The translations under genes and the position numbers were made by a program. The notes beneath the pieces are model-generated. The model was not told where the DNA came from and did not search any database. It saw nothing but the letters and a program-made list of their open reading frames with translations. DNA of 64,000 bases. It comes from Dimorphilus gyrociliatus. Lineage: Eukaryota; Animalia; Annelida. The stretch is taken from the NCBI GenBank assembly GCA_904063045.1, contig CAJFCJ010000014.1:1671643-1735642 (forward strand), given 5' to 3'. Of the stretch, positions 11,401 through 22,605 are shown one piece after another; position 1 is the first letter of the stretch; each line of letters opens with the position of its first letter.

Positions 11401-13783
11401 AGTTAATTAAAAATTAACAATTATAAATTTTAGATAAAAACCAATTGACACTCAATTATGAATGAATAAAGAAACAATTTATATAGCTTACTGGCTTTAA
11501 TTGGTAGAAAATTTGCTCATTTTAACTACTTTTATAGAGAAGAGGGGGCGGAGTGAAAACTGATCAATTAAATGAATTATTGTAAATATGGTTCATTGAA
11601 CACAAACAGTTTTTTATTCAAAATAAATTTCCCTATAGCGTCAATTCCCAGTTCTCAACTTCAAATTGTTAGGAAGGGAACACAGTAGAGTTAAAAGAAA
11701 ACACTTTTAAAGATTTTAAATCTTATTTAAATAAATTATTATAAAACTTTATTAAAATCTACTATCAACATTTGAAAATCGTTTAGAGAGTTATTTTTAC
11801 TATTTGTTATAAATAAATAAATTATAATAAACACTAGCATGGACATTTCATACATATTTAAACGTATTTTGTTTAGAGTACATTCTATCCCAAAAATAAT
11901 TTCCCTACATGAATATTCATAAGGATTTCCTGTAATAACTAGATTATTTTTAGAAATCACTTAAAATTAGAGTAAAGAAGACTACTATAGTTAATTATAT
12001 AAATATAATATATACTATATATATGTTTTATTCGTATATTCTAAGATAATGTAATGCTATATTTCTATATAAAAATATAACATTGACGTATAGCATTTTT
12101 TTTTGAATTGATTTGTTATTAAACCTCTCTTCAAGAAGTTGTTTTTCCTTTTCTCTACAATTCAAAAGCATTAAAACCGAGCTTGAAAATATAATTTATA
12201 CACAATAACCAAAGAGAAGCTTTAGCTTTTAACATAATTCTTTTCCATTTTCCTTCTCTTCCAAACCACCTTCTTACCCTTTTTTTTTTGTTGTACATTT
12301 TGTTCTTATTCATTCTTTTCCCTTGATGTTAATAAGACTCGTGATAAATTTTATAGTCAAATCTTATGAAGTGCAGAGAAATATAAATAGATAGATAGAT
12401 AGCTGGATGGATAGGAAGAAAAGGGATTTAAGTTATTTAAATATATGAAATAATGATTTATAGGACGGAAAGATCGAAAAAAGCGGAAGTGAGTGAAACA
12501 ATGCCATTTAATTAAGTCTCTTTCTTCTGAATGAGATGATTGACAATCTATAGTTTTTATTCTATTTCTCCTTATATGTATATATATATATTTACAGTAA
12601 TATATATATATACTCTCAGAATGCACTTTGCATAAATCAGATACAAGGTAAGCCGATTAAATTGCTCTTTGCCCTAGAGTGCAGGTTGATTGGTTTAGTA
12701 GACGCTTTTCCCTTCCACCTGAATCTATCAAGTTCAATTTGCTATTCTGTAGTAAGAGGTTAACAGATTACAGATGCTAAAACCTCCTTATGGTCCCTAC
12801 TCCTACACTTTCTTCCCCTCTTGCCAAATGTACAGTTTTTAAAGCGATAAAGCATAAATCAATGTAAAACTATTTAAAATTTCAAACAACTGAAATCTTT
12901 CCAGAATCCATCCGATTAAAAATTGAAGAATAGAGAAAGTAAATAAAATAAACTATAAGATAAAAGAAGCTTAAACTGGTAGAAAAAGTAATTAAAACTT
13001 ATATTCTATCTTTTATCATCATTGACAATAATCTTGAAGAAAAGAAGGAGAATGAATAAAATATAAAAAGTACAAAATAGACCTAGACATATCAAAAGGG
13101 GAAATGAGTTATCATTTGCATATGTTACAAATCTGTACTTATGAGAAGTTAATTATTGATGTAAAGTGATATGGTTAACTGTCATCAGCCATAATCATTC
13201 ATTATAGAAATATTATTGCACTTTTATTCAATTTTCCAGGAAAAGGAAAGTAACTTTTTAAGGAACTTTTACCATTATTAATGATATAAATATAATCGAA
13301 TATATTATATTCAGAATAGAATATTCGTAAATTTACTTAAAATATGCCTGCAATAATTTCCATTTCAGCTCATAGTTACAATTAACTTGCTGCCAGGATA
13401 AAATAAAGAAAACCAATCAGGTTCTATACAATAAATTAACGTAATTTTATATCATTTTGTAAGATTCGTACGCTTCTTTGATCATGTTTATGCATTTGCT
13501 ATCTAATTCTTATAGATATCAGAGAATGTATTCTATATAGAGGTATGTTTTTTTTTGGTGTTTGTTCTAAAGGTAGATATTTTCTGACAAAAGGTTTACG
13601 ATACAATTTCTAGGCCTATACAAACATTTTAGAAATACATACAAAATAAATTAATTAAGTGAAAAATAATATAGAAATATATATATAATTTTTCATTGGA
13701 GGATATATGAAATAATAGAGAAATATCATACCGTAAATAAGAGATTGAAAGAGTAGAAAGAAGAGAGTTTGCAAAACGTCCAT
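4944..13783 (-). CDS. Turtle/IGSF9/borderless-like IgSF cell-adhesion protein (signal peptide, 2 Ig, 2 FN3, TM, PDZ-type tail), 14 exons, about 530 aa
   Basis: Minus-strand exons: 13783-13732, 10199-10040, 9198-9116, 8912-8797, 8733-8583, 8284-8167, 7715-7599, 7471-7419, 7356-7285, 7027-6907, 6820-6716, 6080-6025, 5967-5815, 5179-4944 (1593 nt, all phases compatible). Signal MDVLQTLFFLLFQSLIY (alternative start at 13798). Motifs: LPRNLPGIIC..W, DEGTYAC, DPPYFTTRP..C..W, DKGYFECIAKNSVATIVTST, WLPAFD, LQPDTEYEF, SRGAQYRF. TM AAIGGIVGGLAFLAVAVLLALC; C-terminus ETPI. Confidence 0.85.
8402..8450. repeat. (GA)n microsatellite
   Basis: About 24 GA units in an intron. Confidence 0.95.
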
Positions 13784-14467
13784 AATCCAAATGATCATTT
13801 AATTCCTCTTCGATAATCCTGGCTATGCATTCGATACGATCCTTCCTAAACGAAAACAACAACAGTTTGCCCAGTTTGTCCAAGCATATATACAATATAT
13901 AAATTAATAGCTATGAATTTATAGATATATACTTTATATAAACTATGTACACTTAAATATTAAATATATATTTTTGTATATGTACTTATGCATATTAATG
14001 TACTTTACATAGTAGTTGAGCTAACATATATCTTTCTTTTAATGTATTAATCTTTAGAAGTAATCCTTTAAGATATATGCTTTCTGATATCAATATATAT
14101 ATATATAAACTTGTATATATACATACATACATATATACTGTATATATATATATATATTTATATATTAATATATATATACTGTATATATGTCTTATATAGA
14201 TTTTCTCAGCTGAAAATGTATATTAGTACATTTATACATGTTTATATCAAACTACATTTAGATAATACCAGTTTTATTTACATAAAAGTATCATGAAAGT
14301 CGATATTCTCTCTTTCTAATATATAAATAGGCTTCTTTTCGAAAGCATTCATAAAACGTATATTTTCCAGGCCTGTCACATTTTCTCTAAGACCCGACTA
14401 AGCCACGTTAGGAGCGAATAGCGCTGGCGCCCGAGAAGCGATCTGCCGCTCTATTCTTCAATTATTA

Positions 14468-14483
14468 ACGCCACCTGCTGTGG
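14468..14483 (-). promoter_or_regulatory. CTCF-like site in a GC-rich patch upstream of the turtle-like gene
   Basis: Minus strand ACAGCAGGTGGCGT matches 12/14 positions of CCASYAGRKGGCRS. Confidence 0.45.
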
Positions 14484-16196
14484 AATATTTTCCGCTCCTA
14501 GGAGATCCCTCCCTCTTTTTTTAACCAACCAACCTAGATAACAAATTTTTCTCTTTCTCTTAAAAGTAGCTTTAAGTTGAATTTATAAAAAAAGGTGGAT
14601 GAAAGACTTTTCCAAGATTCAATAAATTGTCTAAGTAAGGGGTGAAGGTTTTCTTAACATTTTTTATTACTTTTGCAAAGATGTGTGCGGAAATAGATAG
14701 AGAAAACATATATATTAATGTATACAAACAGTTTATATATATATATCAAAAATATTTAGATTTCATCTATATCCTATTCCCAAGCTATCTAAGGAGAAAA
14801 AGTCAACAAGTTGCAGATTTAAATGTAAGGGAACAAAGAGAAGGACTCAAAGGCGAAAGAGGAATTGCCGTTAGGGGAATCCTTTGCTCCCATCTACTAA
14901 GTGTCCTTCCCTTCTAGCCCTTCTCCCACCTTCTTCTAACACGCAAATCAATATTTTAACGCCGTTTCTCTTTTGACTGTAATAGCGTATGGCGCACATG
15001 GTTGCTGAAGACTAATCGAATTTTTAGCCTGTCGGCACCTTAAGGTTGGTGGCGCAAAATTATGGCGAATCAAAGCGTCTACATGGTCTTAACGTGGAGG
15101 AAGGCATATCAATGGTTTATATATGATGAATAACAAGAGCGAGATTTATTTTTCATACAAAGAGGAAAGAAATAAAAGAAGATAGTAAAAGTTGAAATTT
15201 AGCTAGAATCAACTGATTAGCATAGTAGCATCTTAATTGCCTTTATAGCGAATTCTTTACTCTTTTATTTCCTTATATAAATTACATTATAAGTTAGAAA
15301 GTAAAAGAGGAATTTTCAATATTTAAATACGTCAGGGGAGGGTGGGGGTGGAATGACTGCAGGTATCGTTTTAATCGCAACGTAAACTATCCGAGTAATG
15401 AATATGCATACTATGAATTACATGGTGTAAACTACTAACCAATCAAAGATTTCAATATAAATTGTCCAGGGCTGGCGAATGCCATAGTCATTCCTTTTTA
15501 AGGAAAATTAAAATCCCCTGAGTTCGTCCTTTCAGTTTTGAAAAAAGAACGTTTTATTAAGTAAATCCTTTCGTATATGATTAATTCGTCTCATACTCTG
15601 TCCGATATCTCTAAATAGCCTATGTTATCCCACGACGGAATAACTTTAATATGGAATTATTCATAATTATTACGTCAAATTAACTTAAGCTGGTAGCAAC
15701 CTTGCATACATACCACTTAAGTCTTTCAAAAATATTAATGTTTCTCTATATCAAGCCTATGTGTAATTAATTCATATGTAGTATGATGTATATCACTATA
15801 TACTTTATCTACATATGTATATATATAATTAATAAGCAACTATAAATAAAAATTAAGAATATATGCAAGTAAGAGAGAAATTTTCTCCAAACTAATTTCC
15901 TATCTCTGCAATATTATATTTTCTAAGATTATTTAATGAGAGTTAATACATGGCTTTCTCCCGAAAGAATTGTCACCCTTAAATAATAAAGTATATCCTA
16001 CTATCCTCAGGCAAGATATTAATACATAATTAAACAAGTACTTTAAGAAAAAATTTCATTCTACCTTTAACCAACTTAATTTTAATAATAACTGGTAATT
16101 TATATCTCTATACAAAAATTATATGCAATACGTTGTTATTGTATATATTAGTATATAAATATATATTCTTTATATGAAGTATATCGTGTATTATGC

Positions 16197-16199
<3 letters not shown>

Positions 16200-16231
<32 letters not shown>
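16200..16231. repeat. (CT)n microsatellite
   Basis: About 15 units; a second CT-rich tract lies at about 16421-16450. Confidence 0.95.
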
Positions 16232-16234
<3 letters not shown>

Positions 16235-16419
16235 TTCACGCGTACGCTTTCACTCTCATCATTTTTTTTCTTTTTCAATTCTCTTTTTCTATCTTTCATT
16301 TTCTATTTGCTTTTCAATTTATTCAGTGTGAAAAAAGTGGATATTAAAATATATCTTAATGTGGTTTTTGTTTCTTTTTTCTTTTTCCACTCTCTTTCCC
16401 TTTTTCTCTTTTCCTACCC

Positions 16420-16452
<33 letters not shown>

Positions 16453-17455
16453 TGGGAGGATGCTTACTTTATAAACATAGAATGATTATCTTTTAAGAAA
16501 AACTACCACATATACAAATTTCCGGTAAATTTGGATGATGATACCAGCAGATGGAAAGGTGGATAAGGAATAGTATGCTAATATATTAAAATATTTGATT
16601 TTGCAACCAAGGGAATACAAAAAAGGTAGACGATTTTTCAATCAGTTAAGTAAAGCCTACTTTTACGTTTCCTTAAGTAGAATATACTAGAGTATATTAG
16701 CTGAAATTGTGGAGTTTTTTTTAATAGCAGTTTTAGCGATTCTTTGACGGAATCGAAATGACACTATGAAAATCTTTAAACACCAAACACGTAATAGAAG
16801 TTATTAATATGGACGATGTCAGCTCCTAATATAATAAAATATTTTCACGAATTTCCGTTTCCCTCTATAGTACTATTCGTGCCAAACAAACAACAGTGTG
16901 TAATCAATTAAGAAAATAAAAGTACAACCGTTTGGAAGAGTTCAGCAAGAGGAGGCTGCTGGTAAAATAAAATTAGCGAGAAACGAATAGATAGATGTGA
17001 AATGATAAAGCATAGGTGCTAAATCTTCTATCCTTCCCCCTCCCCACTCGCTCTTCCTCCTTGCCAAAGCTTTTTTTTTTACAGGGATAAAATTTAAATA
17101 CCCAAGTTAAAAAGCGGATTCAACATAATCCCTAAATATTTATCTATTAGGCTTATCATTCTTTCGATTTTATATTAACAAAGAGATAAAATGTTTGTAA
17201 TTGTTATTTGTGCATAACCGAAAGAGTATTAACTAGTACATATTGTATACTGATAATATAATAATGCATATAATATATTATATAAGTTACTTGTTAAAAC
17301 GAAAATATTTAGATCATATTAAAGAAATGATGATAAATTACATTCATCTCTTTTCTTTAAATGTAGAGTATTTAATCATAGAGATTGATTCCTTCTACCT
17401 CGGAACTTTTTTCTTTTCCTCTTTTCGAAAGCTATTTTTATTTTCGTACTCACAA

Positions 17456-17886
17456 TTATTGCAAGCTTATTCCCGCGGAACTTTTATAAAGATTAGAGAA
17501 GCTTCTAACCGAACGATTCTTCCTGTTAAGAGACTGATAAGAATAGTAATAGAGAGTAGAATCGCCGGATGAAATCGATTTCGGCTGAAATTTTGTTACT
17601 ACTTCTTCAGATGCCTTATCAAAATTTAATTTTTTAGAATTAGACGCTCTTAAGTCTCCGTTCTTTAGAATAGCGAATATGATAATGAAGTATACCAGAA
17701 TGAATGCCAAAGTTAATAGGGAAATACCAAAGGCAATATATTGGTTCGAACTATTCCAAACACCGCTAAATAACGACGTATCCGATCCCAAAATTTTCCA
17801 ATTGATGGACCGAATAATTCTCGGCTGACAGCAATTCCCTTTACAGATTTCTATAGAATATCCTGGTAAGTTTTTTACGCAATCTT
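17456..17886 (-). CDS. Probable terminal exon of a single-pass membrane protein with an LRRCT-like Cys segment
   Basis: Acceptor aatttaacggctttag|17886. The open frame encodes EDCVKNL..CKGNCCQPRIIRSINWKIL, a 23-residue hydrophobic TM (YIAFGISLLTLAFILVYFIIIFAIL) and a Ser-rich tail. The upstream exon partner is unresolved. Confidence 0.5.
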
Positions 17887-18435
17887 CTAAAGCCGTTAAA
17901 TTATTCGACTTGCCTTTCAGGGTAACTTTCGACACCGCGCCGTATTTATTGTACAGGCAGGCAGTTTACAATGCAAAAACGGTAGGTGGCATATCAGTAT
18001 GCAGGGTTTAAATAGCTTTTACACCCACCCACCCTATCGAGATGACACATTAAATCTAAACTAGTTATCGGCAAGGGAAGCGAAAAATTTGATCAATATA
18101 ATTGACAAAATGTTGCAAAATCGTATCGAAATCAAAATATTTACTTAATTAGAAACATTCAAAATTTGTATGTTATTCAAAAGTTACAAAATTAATTGTA
18201 TATAAATATAATCTACTAATTTCTCATCAAGAAAGAGAAAATGAAAGAGAAATACAGTTAAACGCAAAAAAAAAGAGAAAGAATTGGAAAGATTACAGAA
18301 GTTTTGTCACGTTCCGATGAAAGAATGATTCGGAAAATGAAATGTCTCGATGAAAATCAGAAATAACCGTCATTTTCAGTTATGAATGATGGATGATGAT
18401 ATGGACTATACTCATCCTTAATTCTCTTTCATCGC

Positions 18436-18713
18436 TTATCCGAAAGATGGCGTCTCATATGTTGCGTGGGAAGGGAAATATAACCAAGGCTTGTCACACT
18501 ATAGGAGATACAAGAATGGCAAAAAGTGTGACAAAAAAAAACAATTGCATTTTGCCGTAAATTACTCACTAAATCCGTTTTTGCATTGCTATTTTTTGCG
18601 CTTAATTCGCTAGAACAAGCGTCTAATAGACGCCTAAGAGCGTTCGAATTTGATAATCCAAAGCAAAAAAATAGTACCAACACATCTATAAACGCTTGAA
18701 AAAATATTAGCAT
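18436..18713 (-). CDS. Orphan signal-peptide gene or exon (candidate small secreted peptide precursor)
   Basis: Exon 18719-18570 has a pyrimidine-tract acceptor 6 nt before the ATG (18713) and a perfect GTGAGT donor. It encodes MLIFFQAFIDVLVLFFCFGLSNSNALRR... A 71-nt intron to 18498 would give a 68-aa product ending PSFG*. Confidence 0.4.
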
Positions 18714-18773
18714 AATCCACTTGATAAAAAGATTAAGAAAGAGAAGCTTTCAAAAGTAGAATAGAAAGAGCTT

Positions 18774-18783
18774 ATGACGTCAT
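18774..18783. promoter_or_regulatory. Palindromic CRE (ATGACGTCAT)
   Basis: Perfect CREB/ATF palindrome about 60 bp upstream of the 18713 ATG. Confidence 0.4.
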
Positions 18784-20965
18784 TTTAATTATTTTACAAT
18801 ATTTATTTTTAAAAATATTATTTTCTTTTAATGCAGTAAAATATATTGCAGTACGACAATCAGCAGAAATTGATAGATTGAAAGTAATAAACCCTCCTTA
18901 AACGGTATTCTTTTTATGTAGTTCTTATTACAAAACATATTGTAATATTAATAACATAACGAATTTTTAAACTAAACATTTTAGTGTATATATTAGTAGT
19001 ATAATACAGAAATGATCTTAAAAGCAATGACTCTGAACAGATGCAGCTCATTTCTGCCTCTTATTTTTCTGGAGCCTAAGTGGCAATGTGTTCAATGCAT
19101 TTTATACAATCCTACTCAGAAGAGAAATTAACAATACTATGTATATACTTTGTGTGTAAGTGTATGTATGTGTGTGTGTGGGGGGCGTGTGAGAGAGAGA
19201 GAGAGAGCGAGAGAGAGGGAGGGAGGGAGGAATTGGGGTAGTGAGTTAGGTGAGTGGGTGTTTTAACATGTATACTTTTAAATATATATGCATATACTAC
19301 TGTAGTTTATTTCAAACAGTAAAGTTAATACTGTATCTTGTTATATAAAGTACATGGTATATTTTTACTAACATAGTCAGTAGTAGATAGTTAAAGCAGT
19401 AATAATAGTCTTACAAATGAATAAAAAAAAATCTTTCTCACTATGTTTGCTTTTACTATTTAAAAAAAAACTTACTAGTAGGGAAAATCTAAGTTTTATC
19501 ATAATCTTTTCTCCTCTTTTATCTATTCTTTTTAAATAATACTGTCATACATTTTTTTTTTATTAAATAAGCATAAAAAAACATAGATTGTACACTTAAA
19601 AGTAAAGTATAATTTACTTAAAACGACGTATACATTTTCAATATATTTTTAGAAAATTATTGGAAAATCTATAAAAGTTCTTTCTCTGTTTCCTCTGCTT
19701 TTTTTTCTTTTTTTTTAATTTTAATATCAGTATATTCCTAAAAAATTAATAATAGTAACAAAAGAAACTACAGATAATATATATATATATACTGTATATA
19801 TATACTTAATAAGAAAAATCATATCTGAAATTTATTATAGTAATTGAATTGTAAAGTACGAAAATATCTGAGATAGATGTGTTAATATATATATATATAT
19901 ATATGATTTAATTACCAATAAAGAGTTCGTGCTTACACGAGATTCAATGTAATTTTTATAATTAATTTATTCATCTTAGTTTTACATATTAAATAAATTG
20001 CGTAACAATTACATCTCAATTTATCAATGAATTACTGTAATCGGAAAAAAAAACTTGACTCATACAGTATATATACAGTATATATAAAGGAGAGATATTA
20101 TATTTTTGCTCCTATCATCAAAAAAAAATGCCGTTCTTTACTTATTAAAAAGTATAATAGAAATGAGTAGAATTTATAGTCTTCATAGATTTTGTATATA
20201 TTCTATTCATTTCATTGTAATAGTATTAGCAACTACGTACTGTTTATATATATATATATACAATCTAAACAGTTGTGCAGTATTATATACATATATATTT
20301 ATATATTAATTCATTCATTTATGTAGAATTCAGGCTATACCCCTGTGTAGCATAGAATCTTGTTAAATGCACTTAATGGTATAAAAAGCATGTTACGATT
20401 TAATTGTAAATTATGTACAGTATGTAAACAGTGCATTTACTTATATATTTTTAAAGTTATATTCTATATATATACATATACAATATATATATATATATAT
20501 ATATACTGTATATATTTGGTACGATCGAAGTATTGTGGATCTATGTGTTTTTTATGTCAATTTATTAATTTCTTTATTTTTTTAGCCTATAATCTGTCCT
20601 ACTCTGAATAAAAAACGCTGTTTTTAGTTCTTCGCCCTCATTTTCTATACAATTCCCACCGTTTGTTTGATAATTTTGCCAATGTTGTTTCTATAAAAAA
20701 AAAAAGAAACATGATCTTTTCTTTATAAAAAAATTTATGTCTGTTTTTATTTCTTTAATTTATCTAAGTCTATTTAATCCATTCCTCTAATATGATCATG
20801 CGCAAAATACTGTGCACATCTGTTTGAGCAGTTTTTGGATGACCTGATCTTGGTAAATCCGCCACATTTTTCTGTATATTTACAGGCTATCACTTTAGAA
20901 TTCGTATAAATAGAGACCCAAAATATTTCGTTCGTATCTAATATCTATCTATATATACACACACG

Positions 20966-20969
<4 letters not shown>

Positions 20970-21013
<44 letters not shown>
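20970..21013. repeat. (TA)n microsatellite
   Basis: About 21 TA units in the 3' flank of the kekkon-like gene. Confidence 0.95.
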
Positions 21014-21016
<3 letters not shown>

Positions 21017-21120
21017 GCTGAAACATTGATAGCTAACCTTCATAGCCTCGTTAAATTCGCATCTTGTTTAAAGCCACTTCTTAAATATTAAATGTTTATA
21101 TAATTGAGCATTTTTTTTTA

Positions 21121-22605
21121 TCAGACAGCCGTTCCGTAAAGTTCAATTTTATTCAGAATGCCTGTAGCGCCATCTAATGTATCATCGTTTGAACAGCTTC
21201 CCCTCAATAGATCAGGAGTCGAGTGAACCTCCTCATTGATATTTTTTAGTGGCGCTGTCATTGATTCTTGATCCCCTTTAAGTGGATCATGGTCGATGCG
21301 GTAGACGCATCGCCGTTTTCTGCGTTTAACATATCGAACAACTACTAATCCAACTAGAAAAGCAATTATTACAATTAGTAAACAAGTTAAACTGACGCTT
21401 ATCAGTCTTAATCTACTTATATTCGCCTGGTTAGATGAAAACTTAGACGAATCAGTGAAGGTTACTATAAAGGTCACTTCAGATTGACCGGCCGAGTTCC
21501 TAGCCTGGCACTTGTAGGAACCGGTGTCTTCATTGGAAATTTTATAGAATACAAGAGTGCTATTATAGTCAAATATGTGGTCGTCATTAGTCCTGCTGAG
21601 TACAATTTTTTTCCTACTCTCTTCTGGCAACAAAATTCTGGATCCTTTGTAAAACCATGCTACTTCTGGTTGAGGATCACCACTAGATAAACAATATAGT
21701 GACGAATTAGATCCTTTTCTCGTTGTTAATCTCGTTTCAGAGTGTGATAGGATTGTAGGAGCGCAAGCAAAACTTGATGTATTTAAAGACGTCCAACCAA
21801 CACCTTCTAGCAATTCGGGTTCACTACAAGCTGGGATTCTCCTACCGAATTTCCAACTTATCGTCCCTCTCTTTGATTGACAATATTTCAATAACCAACG
21901 TAAATGACAATCACAATTCCATGGATTTTTAAATATTCTTAGGACGCTTAAACTCGGTGGAAAAAATGTATCGGAGGAGATTGTCTGCAGTTCATTCCCC
22001 GCAATATTAATCTCTAATAGTTTGTTTAAATCCTCAAAAGCTTTTGGATGGATATTCCGAAGACGACAATGACATAGATCGATCTTTTAAAAAGAGAGAG
22101 ATAAATAATTAGAAATCAAATGAAATTTAACAATGATAAAATAGTTTCAGCGTACCTTCGTTAACCGAAGGAGACCAGACAAATCTGATCTTTCCAAAGT
22201 CCTAATAGGATTGACTCGTAAAATCAGTTCTCGAAGCTTATAAAGCATCTTTATAGCTTCTGATGGTATCCTTTCAAGACGATTCTTACTCAAGTCTAAG
22301 ATATGAAGATTCTCAACTGGATGAAAAGCTGCGGCTGCTATATATTTTAGATGGCATGCAGTTATATATATCTCTTGCAATTGAACGTAACGATCGAGTG
22401 ATGTTGAACTGAGTTTAATAAGACGATCTTCAGATATCTTGAGAACTTTTATATCCAGGTCAAAATCCGTCGGTATTCGCTCAATACTTTGACCAGTACA
22501 GATGGCGTTTAATCGCCCGCTCATTGAGATGATTATACAAGGGTGGAGAAGGATTGGAGAGAAGGAAATTAGTAAGAGATACAAGGGTAGAATGGCTTCT
22601 TTCAT
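21121..22605 (-). CDS. Kekkon/LRRC24-like LRR-Ig transmembrane protein, 2 coding exons, 470 aa
   Basis: complement(join(21121..22083,22156..22605)) = 1413 nt. Signal MKEAILPLYLLLISFSPILL, LRR repeats (LHILDLSKNRL, LRELILRVNPI), LRRCT NPWNCDCHLRWL..C..P..FACAP, Ig (C..SGDPQPEVAWF, DTGSYKC), TM, intracellular PDL, PDZ-type end GTAV. Confidence 0.92.

Noticed and set aside
13629-13895. Listed ORF ...KDRIECIARIIEEEL... as a coding exon
   Set aside because: The phase-compatible reading is the signal peptide MDVLQTLFF... in a different frame.
14431-14442. ATCGCTTCTCGG on the minus strand, identical to the first 12 nt of U2 snRNA
   Set aside because: The sequence diverges immediately afterwards (no CCTTTTGGCTAAGATCAAGTGTAG), and there is no Sm site or U2 stems.
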